Source of the DNA: an uncultured Kiloniellales bacterium
GTDB lineage: Bacteria > Actinomycetota > Acidimicrobiia > Spongiisociales > UBA5794
Length of the DNA: 46,783 nt
Direction of reading: 5' to 3'
NCBI GenBank assembly: GCA_964196275.1
Contig: CAXMSN010000004.1
Span: 1-46,783, forward strand
Numbering within the stretch: position 1 is the first letter of the stretch; every line of letters begins with the position of its first letter. Shown one piece after another: positions 1-8,949 of this stretch. A program made the translations under genes and the position numbers. The notes below the pieces were generated by a model. The model saw only the letters and a list, made by a program, of their open reading frames with translations, was not told the DNA's origin and did not search any database.

Positions 1-27
1 GACTAGGTAGAAACCGTACGCTTCCAT
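1..27 (-). CDS. Possible N-terminus of a gene running off the left edge (MEAYGFYLV...)
   Basis: Minus-strand ATG at 27 preceded by the SD-like GGGGGTG; open to the window edge; only 9 codons visible. Confidence 0.3.
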
Positions 28-226
28 GTGACACCCCCAGGTGTTAGTTCGTGTAGCCAACGTATCGGGCCGCTTCGATGGCGACTATCGGGGAACACCC
101 CTAGGTCAAGCGTTGATCGAAACGGAAGCGCATATGCGGCATGTGTGCGGTTCGTCTGGTGCGCATGGACGCTGCGGGGCGGAAGCCGTCTTGGAATACG
201 CGGCACCGCCGTCGGTTGGTGCATGT

Positions 227-745
227 ATGAGCCACTCTGAACTTCTTGCATACCGCACGCAACGGGACGACTTCTTTAGACATGCCCACGAATCGCCGGT
301 GCCGCACGAGGACCGTGCGAGTTTCCCCGGCCTGGCCTTCTTCGACTCCGACCCGAATCTCGTCTTCGCTGTGGCGCTTGACCGTGTGGAACCAACCGAG
401 GTGACCATCGCCACGACCACTGGCGATGAGCGGACCTACATGCGCGTCGCGACCGCGACGGTGAAGATCGAGGGGGAGGAGACAACCGTCGCTCTGTACT
501 CGACAGGCCATGACAGCTTGTTCCTCCCGTTCCGCGATGCGACCTCAGGGAATGAGAGTTACGGGGCCGCCCGCTACCTCGACATCCAACCCGAGGGCGA
601 TGGGAACGTAACGATCGACTTCAACTACGCCTACGCCCCGTTCTGCGCATACAGCGACATCTACTCGTGTGCCTTGCCCCCTGCGGAGAACTGGCTCACC
701 GTGCCGGTCCGAGCCGGTGAGCGGCTGGCAACGTCCGGATCCTGA
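227..745 (+). CDS. DUF1684 domain-containing protein
   Basis: Family motifs LFLPFRDATSGNESYGAARYL and IDFNYAYAPFCAYSDIYSCALPP. Start moved to ATG 227 (MSHSELLAYR..RDDFF), in frame with ORF 41..745. Confidence 0.85.
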   Translation: MSHSELLAYRTQRDDFFRHAHESPVPHEDRASFPGLAFFDSDPNLVFAVALDRVEPTEVTIATTTGDERTYMRVATATVKIEGEETTVALYSTGHDSLFLPFRDATSGNESYGAARYLDIQPEGDGNVTIDFNYAYAPFCAYSDIYSCALPPAENWLTVPVRAGERLATSGS

Positions 746-922
746 TTGCTTGACTTCCTGCTCCCGTCGACCGACGGAGGCGTCGCCGTTCAACTGGCGA
801 TTTGGTTCGTCCTGAGCGTGACCGCGATCTGGTTCACACGACGCAACAAGGATTTCAGGCTTCTTGCGATCGGCCTATCGACCCTCACATTCGGCCTATT
901 GGCCGTACGCGCCATCCACTAA
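746..922 (+). CDS. Small two-TM membrane protein (58 aa), absent from the ORF track
   Basis: TTG directly follows the DUF1684 stop. MLDFLLPSTDGGVAVQLAIWFVLSVTAIWFTRRNKDFRLLAIGLSTLTFGLLAVRAIH has two hydrophobic helices joined by a basic loop (RRNK) and fills the gap up to the repeat. Confidence 0.65.
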   Translation: MLDFLLPSTDGGVAVQLAIWFVLSVTAIWFTRRNKDFRLLAIGLSTLTFGLLAVRAIH

Positions 923-924
923 CG

Positions 925-1060
925 CTTCGTCCTCCTTTCAAGGGGGACGGCAGAGCAGCGCCAGTTGCGATGCAGGGGGATGATGCAGGAGCAGCGCCTT
1001 TGCGCTCACCAACACCCTGCTGACTCGCAGGCTCGCCCGTCCTCCCTCAAAGGGAGGACA
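925..1060. repeat. REP/REPIN-like inverted doublet, copy 1
   Basis: Hairpins CGTCCTCCTT-TC-AAGGGGGACG (928-949) and GTCCTCCCT-CAA-AGGGAGGAC (1039-1059) in opposite orientation; related units at 31895-32065. Confidence 0.7.
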
Positions 1061-1069
1061 GAACAGAGA

Positions 1070-1348
1070 TCAGCTTGCGTACTTGGTACGGCCTGAGTAG
1101 CCGCCGCTGGAGTAGGAACCGATGTCGAAGAGGAGGCCGATACCTATCCAGATCCAGTCGAATCCGGTTACACCACCAGAGAACGTCAGCACGTACATGA
1201 TCGTCGTCCACGGCAGGAAGAGGAAGCCGACGAAGGCGACGAAGAAGTTATCGAACGCCTTGTCCCATCTGGCCGTGTCAACCAGCCACCAGATCAGAAT
1301 TCCGAATCGTGGGCCGATCAGGGCCGCAACGGCAGCAAAACAACACAT
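1070..1348 (-). CDS. Small integral membrane protein (92 aa, about 3 TM)
   Basis: Hydrophobic ORF MCCFAAVAALIGPRFGILIWWL...FLPWTT; SD AGGAGGGAG upstream. Confidence 0.8.
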   Translation of the reverse strand: MCCFAAVAALIGPRFGILIWWLVDTARWDKAFDNFFVAFVGFLFLPWTTIMYVLTFSGGVTGFDWIWIGIGLLFDIGSYSSGGYSGRTKYAS

Positions 1349-1433
1349 TTCTCGAACTCCCTCCTATTTCTGCTGTGACTGTACCACCGGTCATGCCGGC
1401 TCTGTCGTGAACACTCACCGGTAATCTGACGCC

Positions 1434-2420
1434 GTGTTCGACTTCGTAAACGCACCACTGCCGATCCGTGGCGACATCCCTGCAACCCTTCGCAACGAGT
1501 GGGGCCATCTGGCAGCACCAGGTGCGACACTTTCGTCACGCGAGCGAATCGCTGTCGCCGCTGTGTCACGCTCATCTGTCGACGGTGGCGGAGTTCCGGC
1601 ATCGGGGCTCGATCCGTCGATTGACGATCTCGCCACCACCCTGATGGCGGACCCCGGCGCCGTCGACGAAGCCCTCGTCCGCTCAACAGCTGCCGCCGTT
1701 GGTGACCCGACGACGGTGGAGGTGATCGGGATCGTGTCGCGACTCTCTGCAGTCGACGGGTTCCACATGGCTCTTGCCGTGCCCATTGAGGCGCTGCCCG
1801 ATCCGGTCGAGGGTGACCCCACAAGGGACATAACGCCGGACCTGAAGCGACGACGCACGCACGTTCCCATGCCTCCTGGACCGATTCCTGTATCGCTCGA
1901 CCTCGCGCCCTCTGAGGGAATCGCAATGGAGGACCTTGCGGGTCCCCTGTACATGACGTACTCAGACATGGCACACGACGACTTTGCACGCAGTCCGGGT
2001 CTGAACCGCTCACAGATGGAACTGATCTCATCGAGAACGTCACACAGGAATGGCTGTTTCTACTGAACGATGAGCCACGTGCGGATGCTCCGTGGGAGCT
2101 CCATCGCCTTCGGTTATGAACTCGACATCCGGGCAATCGCCGACGACCGTTTCCACAGCGGTGTGCCAGGTGGCGATGTGATCCTGCCGTTCGTTGATGC
2201 CGTAATGACCGGGACCGCATCAGACCAGCGGTTGGCCCGAAACGCCATCGTCGATGCCCTCGGCCCCGAGTCTCTTGTTGACGCCGCCGGGGTCTTTGCG
2301 AACTTCCAGATGATGAACCGGGTGGCAGAGGGAACGGGAATCCCCGTTCCGGGTGCAGCCATCGAACGTGAATCGGAGATGGTTGAAGCGCTCGGCCTCA
2401 ACAGCTTCTACAAGCACTGA
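1434..2420 (+). CDS. AhpD/CMD-related alkylhydroperoxidase-like probable selenoprotein (328 aa, UGA at 2064-2066 read as Sec, CxxU)
   Basis: ORFs 1434..2066 and 2070..2420 share a frame and are separated only by TGA-ACG. Readthrough gives MELISSRTSHRNGCFY-U-TMSH, which matches the AhpD E-x-S-x2-N-x-C-x2-C-x3-H motif. A hairpin follows the UGA and there is no SD before 2070. Confidence 0.8.
2081..2107 (+). promoter_or_regulatory. Candidate bacterial SECIS hairpin
   Basis: GCTCC-GTG-GGAGC (2087-2099), extendable by GAT/ATC and GC/GC pairs. The G-starting apical loop follows a 25 nt spacer after the UGA. Confidence 0.6.
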
Positions 2421-2436
2421 GTCCACCATCCCAATG

Positions 2437-2470
2437 GAAAGCGGGCGCCACCGAAAGTGGTGACGCCCGC
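2437..2470 (-). terminator. Intrinsic terminator-like hairpin between convergent genes
   Basis: Minus strand reads GCGGGCGTCACC-ACTTTC-GGTGGCGCCCGC followed by TTTC, just after the MMPL stop. Confidence 0.65.
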
Positions 2471-2481
2471 CGCTGCAGCGA

Positions 2482-5211
2482 TCAGACGACGGTCACTCGT
2501 GCGTGCTCCAGTTCCTTCACGGGCTGGGGACTGTCCGTCGATACCAACACCAAGAGGCTCGGGAGAACGAGCAGCGCCACTGCAAGGGACAGCACGATCA
2601 TCACGGCCGTGAGAACTCCGAACGTGGCGAAGATGGGCGTGGGAGCCATCGCCATCACTGTGAATCCGAGCACCGACGTGACGGCTGACAGAACCAGTGC
2701 CCCTCCCGTGCCAGCACCCGTTCGCCTCACGGCGTCGAGCCGTGAGCCATCCACACCCAGTTCCTCGCGGTACCTCGCTGTGAAGTGCGTCGAAAAGTCG
2801 ATGCCCACGCCGACTGCGATTGCCGCGATCGTCGCTGTCACCACATTGACCGTGTACCCGAACGTCGCCATGAAGGCGTACACGCCGGTAACGACCAGCC
2901 CGATCGGAAGAACGGCAACAAGCGCATATCGAATCGATCGGAGCATCACGCTCGCAAGCATGAATGTCAGTAGTGCAGCGAGTGGAAGGGACACGAGCAT
3001 CGAACGGGTGAACGACTCCATACTGACGAATTGGGCAATGACCTCGCCAGACACGAGGGCAGTGACACCATCCGAAGATGCTTCGTAGTCAACCGCCGCT
3101 GCCTCCATCGCCTCACGGACCGGAACAATCACCGCTCCATCCGTGAAACTTCCGACCTGGATGCGCACCGCTGTCGCATAGCCAGCATCCGTCTCCGCGA
3201 TGATGGACCGCACGTCGTCGACCGACACCGCAACGTCTCCGTTCGGACTCGGGACACCATTCGCCTCTACGTACCGGTAGATCGCGGCCACGCCAGCAGC
3301 GCTGTCGGGAAGTGAGTCACGATCGGCATCTTCGAGCGACGGACCATCAGCTTCGATGGCCTCTACAGCTACGGGCGCAGCCATGACCATTCGTACAACG
3401 TCCCCGGCGTGCAAGCCAACGATCAGTTCGCCGCCTGCCTTCGTACCGAATTCGGCATCGGAAGCAGCGAGGTCGGCGACCAAGTCATCAATGCCAGCCA
3501 GGTTCGCAGGATCGGTGAGGTCACCCTCGATGAACACCAGTGATGAGCCCTCACCGCTGGATGGGAAGTGCTCAGAGACCCGTTCGATTGATTGAGCGAA
3601 ATCGGTCTGTGAGGAAAGGAAGTCCTCGATCTTGAAACCCGACTCCACATCCGACGCCTTTGCAACACCGAGAACGGAGACGAGGATGATGACCGGGATG
3701 GTGATCACCTTCCACTTCGCAAGCGTCGACACCATCGACCCGACAGGAGCCAGGCCATGCGCTGCACCCGTGTGACCCGAAACCAGTTGCTTCCCCCGGG
3801 CTTCCGCACGACGATTTCGTCGTCTGGTCAGACCGGCTGTTATCAGGATGAACACAATCGAGAAGATCAGGAAAGCGAAGACGCCCGCGGTGGGCATCAC
3901 AGCACCAAGTGCCACAGAGAGGCCTCCCACGATGGCCATCGCGACCGTACCAATCGCATACATGGGCTTCGAGAAACGCTTGACAGGGTCGGGACCCACG
4001 AACGATTCGAGCCCGACGGTGATCCTCGGAGCTAGTTGGCCAAGCAGGAGATACGCCCACGCAAGAGCGATCGCCGCACCGATACCGAACTGGATGATCG
4101 ATTCCGTCCCGGATGCTGCATTCGCAAGGAAGGCAGCGACTGATGAAGAGACCGCAAGGAACATCGCCGTGAACACCGCTGTCAGTCCGGCGGGGTACGC
4201 CTTCTTTACTCCCATCCCATGTTCGACCTGCATCTCACGGACGCGGCCGACGCCGTGGATGTAGAAGTCGACACCGAAACTGATCATCGCTATCGGAACG
4301 ATGAAGGCAAGCAGAAGTGAGCCCATCTTCAGTCCGATGAGGGCGGCAGTTCCGTAGTAGGCGAGCGCGGTGGCCGACAACCCGGCAGCGACTATCGCCG
4401 CAGACCAGAAGGACCGGTGAACCACCGCGACGAGAAGGACGATCAGACCGACGGCGAGAAAGATGAAGGGTGCAGACTGCGTGGCGGCTTCTTCGAACGT
4501 CGTGTCTCCATCGATAGCAACGCCTATGGAATCGGTGTGCACCGCGCCAATTCGGAATTCAGCCTGTACCTCGCGGAGCCACAGTTCACTCTCCGCGTAG
4601 CTGTCGAACGAACCTCCATCGAAGACGACTTGGGTAATGAACGCCGGAGATTCGAACCTGATTACTCCCGCCTCATCAACGAACGAGTCGGCCTGCTCCG
4701 ACAGGGTGAACTGGATGTACTCGACCTCGGAACCTGCACGAAGCGTTGAAGTGATCGCATCGACGATCTGTACATCCGTTGAGCCTTCGATGCCGCGTTC
4801 GAGTTGAGAATCAACGACATCGGCGATGGACATGACACCGGGAACCGTCGCACCAGCATCGCGGTCGAAACGCTCGACGAGGTGTGACGCGTGGACGGCA
4901 TCAGATCTCACTCGGGTGGATGCCGCATGCCACTCCCTCATCACGTCGGCTGTAAGGACGTTCGAACCATCGTTCGTAGCCTCGACCAGGAACGACGCTG
5001 AAGAGATCGTCGATTCGCCGCTGAGCGCGACATCTGAACGTTCCATTGTGTCGAACACCTGTCCCGCAGGATCGAAGTTCGGCTCGCTTGTGTCCGCTAT
5101 CACCGGCCCGACAAGGCCGAGTGCCACAACCAGCAGCATCGCGCCGATCGTGACGATGCCGATCCGCCGACTCACCAGATCGAACAATCTGTATGTTCGC
5201 TTCTTCTCCAT
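2482..5211 (-). CDS. MMPL/RND family transporter (909 aa)
   Basis: Two repeats of TM + large loop + 5 TM; motifs FGVDFYIH..GRVRE and GIDFSTHFTARYREE. Start at ATG 5211 after SD GGAGGAG. Confidence 0.9.
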   Translation of the reverse strand: MEKKRTYRLFDLVSRRIGIVTIGAMLLVVALGLVGPVIADTSEPNFDPAGQVFDTMERSDVALSGESTISSASFLVEATNDGSNVLTADVMREWHAASTRVRSDAVHASHLVERFDRDAGATVPGVMSIADVVDSQLERGIEGSTDVQIVDAITSTLRAGSEVEYIQFTLSEQADSFVDEAGVIRFESPAFITQVVFDGGSFDSYAESELWLREVQAEFRIGAVHTDSIGVAIDGDTTFEEAATQSAPFIFLAVGLIVLLVAVVHRSFWSAAIVAAGLSATALAYYGTAALIGLKMGSLLLAFIVPIAMISFGVDFYIHGVGRVREMQVEHGMGVKKAYPAGLTAVFTAMFLAVSSSVAAFLANAASGTESIIQFGIGAAIALAWAYLLLGQLAPRITVGLESFVGPDPVKRFSKPMYAIGTVAMAIVGGLSVALGAVMPTAGVFAFLIFSIVFILITAGLTRRRNRRAEARGKQLVSGHTGAAHGLAPVGSMVSTLAKWKVITIPVIILVSVLGVAKASDVESGFKIEDFLSSQTDFAQSIERVSEHFPSSGEGSSLVFIEGDLTDPANLAGIDDLVADLAASDAEFGTKAGGELIVGLHAGDVVRMVMAAPVAVEAIEADGPSLEDADRDSLPDSAAGVAAIYRYVEANGVPSPNGDVAVSVDDVRSIIAETDAGYATAVRIQVGSFTDGAVIVPVREAMEAAAVDYEASSDGVTALVSGEVIAQFVSMESFTRSMLVSLPLAALLTFMLASVMLRSIRYALVAVLPIGLVVTGVYAFMATFGYTVNVVTATIAAIAVGVGIDFSTHFTARYREELGVDGSRLDAVRRTGAGTGGALVLSAVTSVLGFTVMAMAPTPIFATFGVLTAVMIVLSLAVALLVLPSLLVLVSTDSPQPVKELEHARVTVV

Positions 5212-5442
5212 GATCTTCTCCTCCAGAGGCGGACCTCGTACATCGAGATCTCTGATTTCCTGTGGCAAGAGTGCTGGAATCACGCAGTCGTTCCTATCGG
5301 GTATGAACCCACACCAACCCTGAGACCCTGAGGCCGGGGTCAGGGAATCACCGATAACCAACGGATCCGGATTGCATCGCGTCCCGAGACCAACTACAAC
5401 GGTGTCAGCGCCACATACGCAAGCGAGAGGTGGGCCCACAAA

Positions 5443-7401
5443 GTGTCGGATTCAGGTATCGAGAACCTCCTACATGAAGACAGGCTCTTCCCACCCGCTC
5501 AGTCCTTTGCGGACAGCGCCAATGCCACGAGCGACCTCTTCGACGAGGCAGAGGACGACTTCGAGAGCTACTGGATGCGCCAGGCCACCGAACGCCTGAC
5601 ATGGTTCACGGAACCGACAGAGGGTCTCGACGATTCGAATGCCCCGTTCTTCACGTGGTTCGCCGACGGTGAACTCAACATCTCGTACAACTGCCTGGAT
5701 CGTCATCTCGCATCGGGCGGAGACAAGGTCGCGTATCACTGGGTCGGGGAGCCGGGGGACACGCGGACGATCACCTACCAGGAGTTGTCAGATGAGGTCA
5801 ACCGTTTCGCGAACGGGTTGCGGGAACTCGGTGTCGAGAAGGGCGACCGCGTTGCGATCTACATGGGCATGGTTCCCGAACTGGCGATCGCGATGTTGGC
5901 GTGTTCCCGTATCGGGGCTCCTCACTCTGTGATTTTCGGTGGCTTTTCCGCCGATGCCATCGTTGACAGAGTTGTCGATGGCGATGCGAAACTCCTCATC
6001 ACGTGCGACGGGGCGTGGCGCCGCGGTGGGATCGTCCCACTCAAGGACAACTGCGATGCTGCGATGGAGCGCACGCCGTCGATAGAGCATTGCATCGTCG
6101 TTAACAGGACGGATCACGGCGTTTCGATGACCGAAGGCAGGGACTTCTGGTGGCACGACCTCACCGCTGACCAGTCAACGACCTGCGATCCGGAGGTCAT
6201 GAACGCTGAGGACCTTCTGTACATCCTCTACACGTCTGGCACCACCGCAAAGCCGAAGGGCATCATGCACACGACCGGCGGATACCTGACCGGAGCCGCA
6301 ACGACGCACTCCCTGATATTCGACATCAAGCCTGACGATGACGTCTACTGGTGTGCCGCAGACATCGGCTGGGTCACCGGGCACACCTACATCGTCTACG
6401 GCCCGCTTGCCAATCACACGACATCCGTGATGTACGAGGGAACGCCGGACTTTCCTGACAAGGACCGCCTGTGGTCGATCATCGACAAGTACAACGTGAC
6501 GATCTTCTACACGGCCCCGACTGCCATCCGTGCGTTCATGAAGTGGGGAGCGAACTATCCCGACGGCCACGATCTGTCCTCGCTGCGGCTCCTGGGAACC
6601 GTCGGGGAACCGATCAACCCGGCTGCGTGGATCTGGTACCACGAGAACATCGGGGCTGAGCGATGCCCGATCGTCGATACGTGGTGGCAGACAGAGACGG
6701 GTGGCATCATGATCAGCCCTCTCCCTGGCGTGACCTCGACAAAACCCGGATCGGCAACCAAGGCCATCCCTGGTATCACAGCAGACGTCGTGGATCAGGA
6801 CGGGAACTCCGTCGGCCTAGGAAACGGAGGGTTCCTCACGATCACCAAACCATGGCCCTCGATGCTGCGGTCCATCTACGGGGACGACAAACGCTACGTC
6901 GATACCTATTGGACACGGTTCCCCGGCAGTTACTTCCCAGGGGACGGTGCGAAGATCGACGAGGACGGCTATCTCTGGGTGCTCGGCCGCGTCGATGATG
7001 TCATGAACGTATCTGGCCACCGCATCTCAACAATGGAGGTCGAGTCTGCGCTCGTGTCTCACCCTGCTGTTGCGGAAGCAGCGGTTGTTGGAGCAACGGA
7101 CGACCTGACAGGCCAAGCCATCGCGGCCTTCGTGACCCTGCGCGGCTCGTTCACGGAGTCGGATGAACTGCTTGAGGAACTGAGATCCCACGTTGCAGAG
7201 AAGATCGGAGGGATCGCGAAGCCGAGGACGATCGTCTTCACGCCGGACCTCCCCAAGACACGGTCAGGCAAGATCATGCGAAGGCTCCTGCGCGACATCT
7301 CGGACAACAAGACGCTCGGTGACGTGACCACACTCGCGAACGCCGACATCGTTGAGGCGATCGCAAAACAGGCACAGGCCGCATCGAGCGATGACAGATA
7401 G
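5443..7401 (+). CDS. acs: Acetate--CoA ligase (AMP-forming acetyl-CoA synthetase)
   Basis: YTSGTTAKPKG, ADIGWVTGHTY, DTWWQTETGG, GRVDDVMNVSGHR, PKTRSGKIMRR. Confidence 0.97.
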   Translation: MSDSGIENLLHEDRLFPPAQSFADSANATSDLFDEAEDDFESYWMRQATERLTWFTEPTEGLDDSNAPFFTWFADGELNISYNCLDRHLASGGDKVAYHWVGEPGDTRTITYQELSDEVNRFANGLRELGVEKGDRVAIYMGMVPELAIAMLACSRIGAPHSVIFGGFSADAIVDRVVDGDAKLLITCDGAWRRGGIVPLKDNCDAAMERTPSIEHCIVVNRTDHGVSMTEGRDFWWHDLTADQSTTCDPEVMNAEDLLYILYTSGTTAKPKGIMHTTGGYLTGAATTHSLIFDIKPDDDVYWCAADIGWVTGHTYIVYGPLANHTTSVMYEGTPDFPDKDRLWSIIDKYNVTIFYTAPTAIRAFMKWGANYPDGHDLSSLRLLGTVGEPINPAAWIWYHENIGAERCPIVDTWWQTETGGIMISPLPGVTSTKPGSATKAIPGITADVVDQDGNSVGLGNGGFLTITKPWPSMLRSIYGDDKRYVDTYWTRFPGSYFPGDGAKIDEDGYLWVLGRVDDVMNVSGHRISTMEVESALVSHPAVAEAAVVGATDDLTGQAIAAFVTLRGSFTESDELLEELRSHVAEKIGGIAKPRTIVFTPDLPKTRSGKIMRRLLRDISDNKTLGDVTTLANADIVEAIAKQAQAASSDDR

Positions 7402-7410
7402 CGATACGGC

Positions 7411-8949
7411 CTATACGCGAGCCAGATAACGATCGACCGCGACCGCTGCTGACTTGCCAGACCCGACGCAGGCCGTCATGCCGCCACCGCCGACCCATGC
7501 ACCGGCCAGAAACAGATTCGGTACGGGCGTCTTGGACCTCCGGCGATTCATCTGATTCATGACCGTCTGTTCCCGACCGTATATCGACCCGCCGGGCTGC
7601 ATCGCATAGCGAACATTCGTAAGGGGAGTGGCGACCTCCTGCACAATGATCGCATCCCGCAGGCCTGGAATCAGTTCCGCGAGACGACCGATGAGGATGT
7701 CACCTGCTGCCTCCTTAATGCGGGCGTAGTCATCGTTGGTCGAGTACCCGTCCAACTCGCCGTGCGTGCCCCAGATGTCCTCGTAGTCCCAAGGAGCCAG
7801 AGACGTGAGCGAGAGGACCGATCCGCCCTTGGGGGCACAACCAGGATCGGCGATCGTGTAATTGGACACGATCATCCCCGCGTGGGCGAAGTCGCCGCGC
7901 ATGATCGCCTCGTACTCAGACTCGATGTCATACGAGGGCATGTCGAAGTACTCGTGATGGTTCCATCCTTCGGCAGCAACGTCCCTATCGAGTCCGAGGT
8001 ACACGACGAGGTTCGAGAGAGCCGGCTGCTCACCACCCGCTTCGGTAGAGAACGATTCATCGACGGACCCCTCCGGCAACATGCCGATCGTCAGCTCTGG
8101 GCTCGCATTCGACACGACAGCCTTGGCGTGTACGACGAGACCCTTGTGCGTCGTGACCGTGACAGCCGTGGGACCGGTGGGTTCTATGGAGATCACATCG
8201 TTGCGGTAGTGGATCTCGCCTCCACGGTCGATGATCTTGCGTGCGAAAGCCTTCGTCATCGCTCCCGATCCTCCGGCCGGGTACCAAGCGCCTGACGAGT
8301 GATATGTCAGAAGGGTGAGGGCCATCTGGCCAGCCGACAAACGGGAGGGAGGTAGCCCGAGGTATCCCCACAGCGTCGATACGAGTGCCTTCACCTCGTC
8401 AGACAGAGGGAAGCGGTCCAGGAACTGCGCCCAGTTACTCGCAAACGCCATCGCCATGTCCGGATAGTGGCCAGGCATGTCGGTCTGCTCGACGCGAACA
8501 CCGGATCTTCGATCAGATGCGAACTTCGCCATGTCATGCCCGACCGCCTTGATCGCCTCGAAAAGTTCAATGACGGCCGATCGTTGGTCTGGGAACACTT
8601 CGGCGATCGCACCGATGTACTCGGGGAGGTCCGTAGACACGTCGATCTCGAAGTCAGGGAACGACACCGTGTAGAACGGATCGAGCCGGTGGAACTCGAT
8701 ACTTTCGAACGCACCGAGCGTCTCGAACATGGGATACGCCCACCCGCCCGGCTCCATGCCGTCGAGTGCGTGGAGCGCTACCTCGAATCGATACCCACGC
8801 CGTGTAAAATTGTGGGCGTAACCTCCGGGGACGGAGTGGTGCTCGATGATGACAACATCGTGTCCCGCGGCTTGGAGATGTCCCGCGGCGCTGAGCCCTC
8901 CCAGGCCAGCTCCGACAACGACTACGTCTGTTTCGATCTCGGCTGTCAT
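7411..8949 (-). CDS. Phytoene desaturase/CrtI-like (retinol saturase-type) FAD-dependent oxidoreductase
   Basis: N-terminal VVVVGAGLGGL...EHHSVPGGYAH; YPAGGSG; EVATPLTNVRY...GGSIYG; TPVPNLFLAG. Substrate unknown. Confidence 0.85.
   Translation of the reverse strand: MTAEIETDVVVVGAGLGGLSAAGHLQAAGHDVVIIEHHSVPGGYAHNFTRRGYRFEVALHALDGMEPGGWAYPMFETLGAFESIEFHRLDPFYTVSFPDFEIDVSTDLPEYIGAIAEVFPDQRSAVIELFEAIKAVGHDMAKFASDRRSGVRVEQTDMPGHYPDMAMAFASNWAQFLDRFPLSDEVKALVSTLWGYLGLPPSRLSAGQMALTLLTYHSSGAWYPAGGSGAMTKAFARKIIDRGGEIHYRNDVISIEPTGPTAVTVTTHKGLVVHAKAVVSNASPELTIGMLPEGSVDESFSTEAGGEQPALSNLVVYLGLDRDVAAEGWNHHEYFDMPSYDIESEYEAIMRGDFAHAGMIVSNYTIADPGCAPKGGSVLSLTSLAPWDYEDIWGTHGELDGYSTNDDYARIKEAAGDILIGRLAELIPGLRDAIIVQEVATPLTNVRYAMQPGGSIYGREQTVMNQMNRRRSKTPVPNLFLAGAWVGGGGMTACVGSGKSAAVAVDRYLARV

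Noticed and set aside
925-1060. Autonomous IS or transposon
   Set aside because: There is no transposase ORF or clear target-site duplication, so it is kept only as a non-autonomous repeat.
2070-2420. Separate 116 aa hypothetical protein
   Set aside because: It is in frame with the upstream ORF across a single UGA, has no SD, and carries the His of the AhpD motif. It is better explained as the C-terminal part of a selenoprotein.
5212-5439. N-terminal extension of the MMPL ORF
   Set aside because: It covers the divergent promoter region, and a strong SD precedes ATG 5211.
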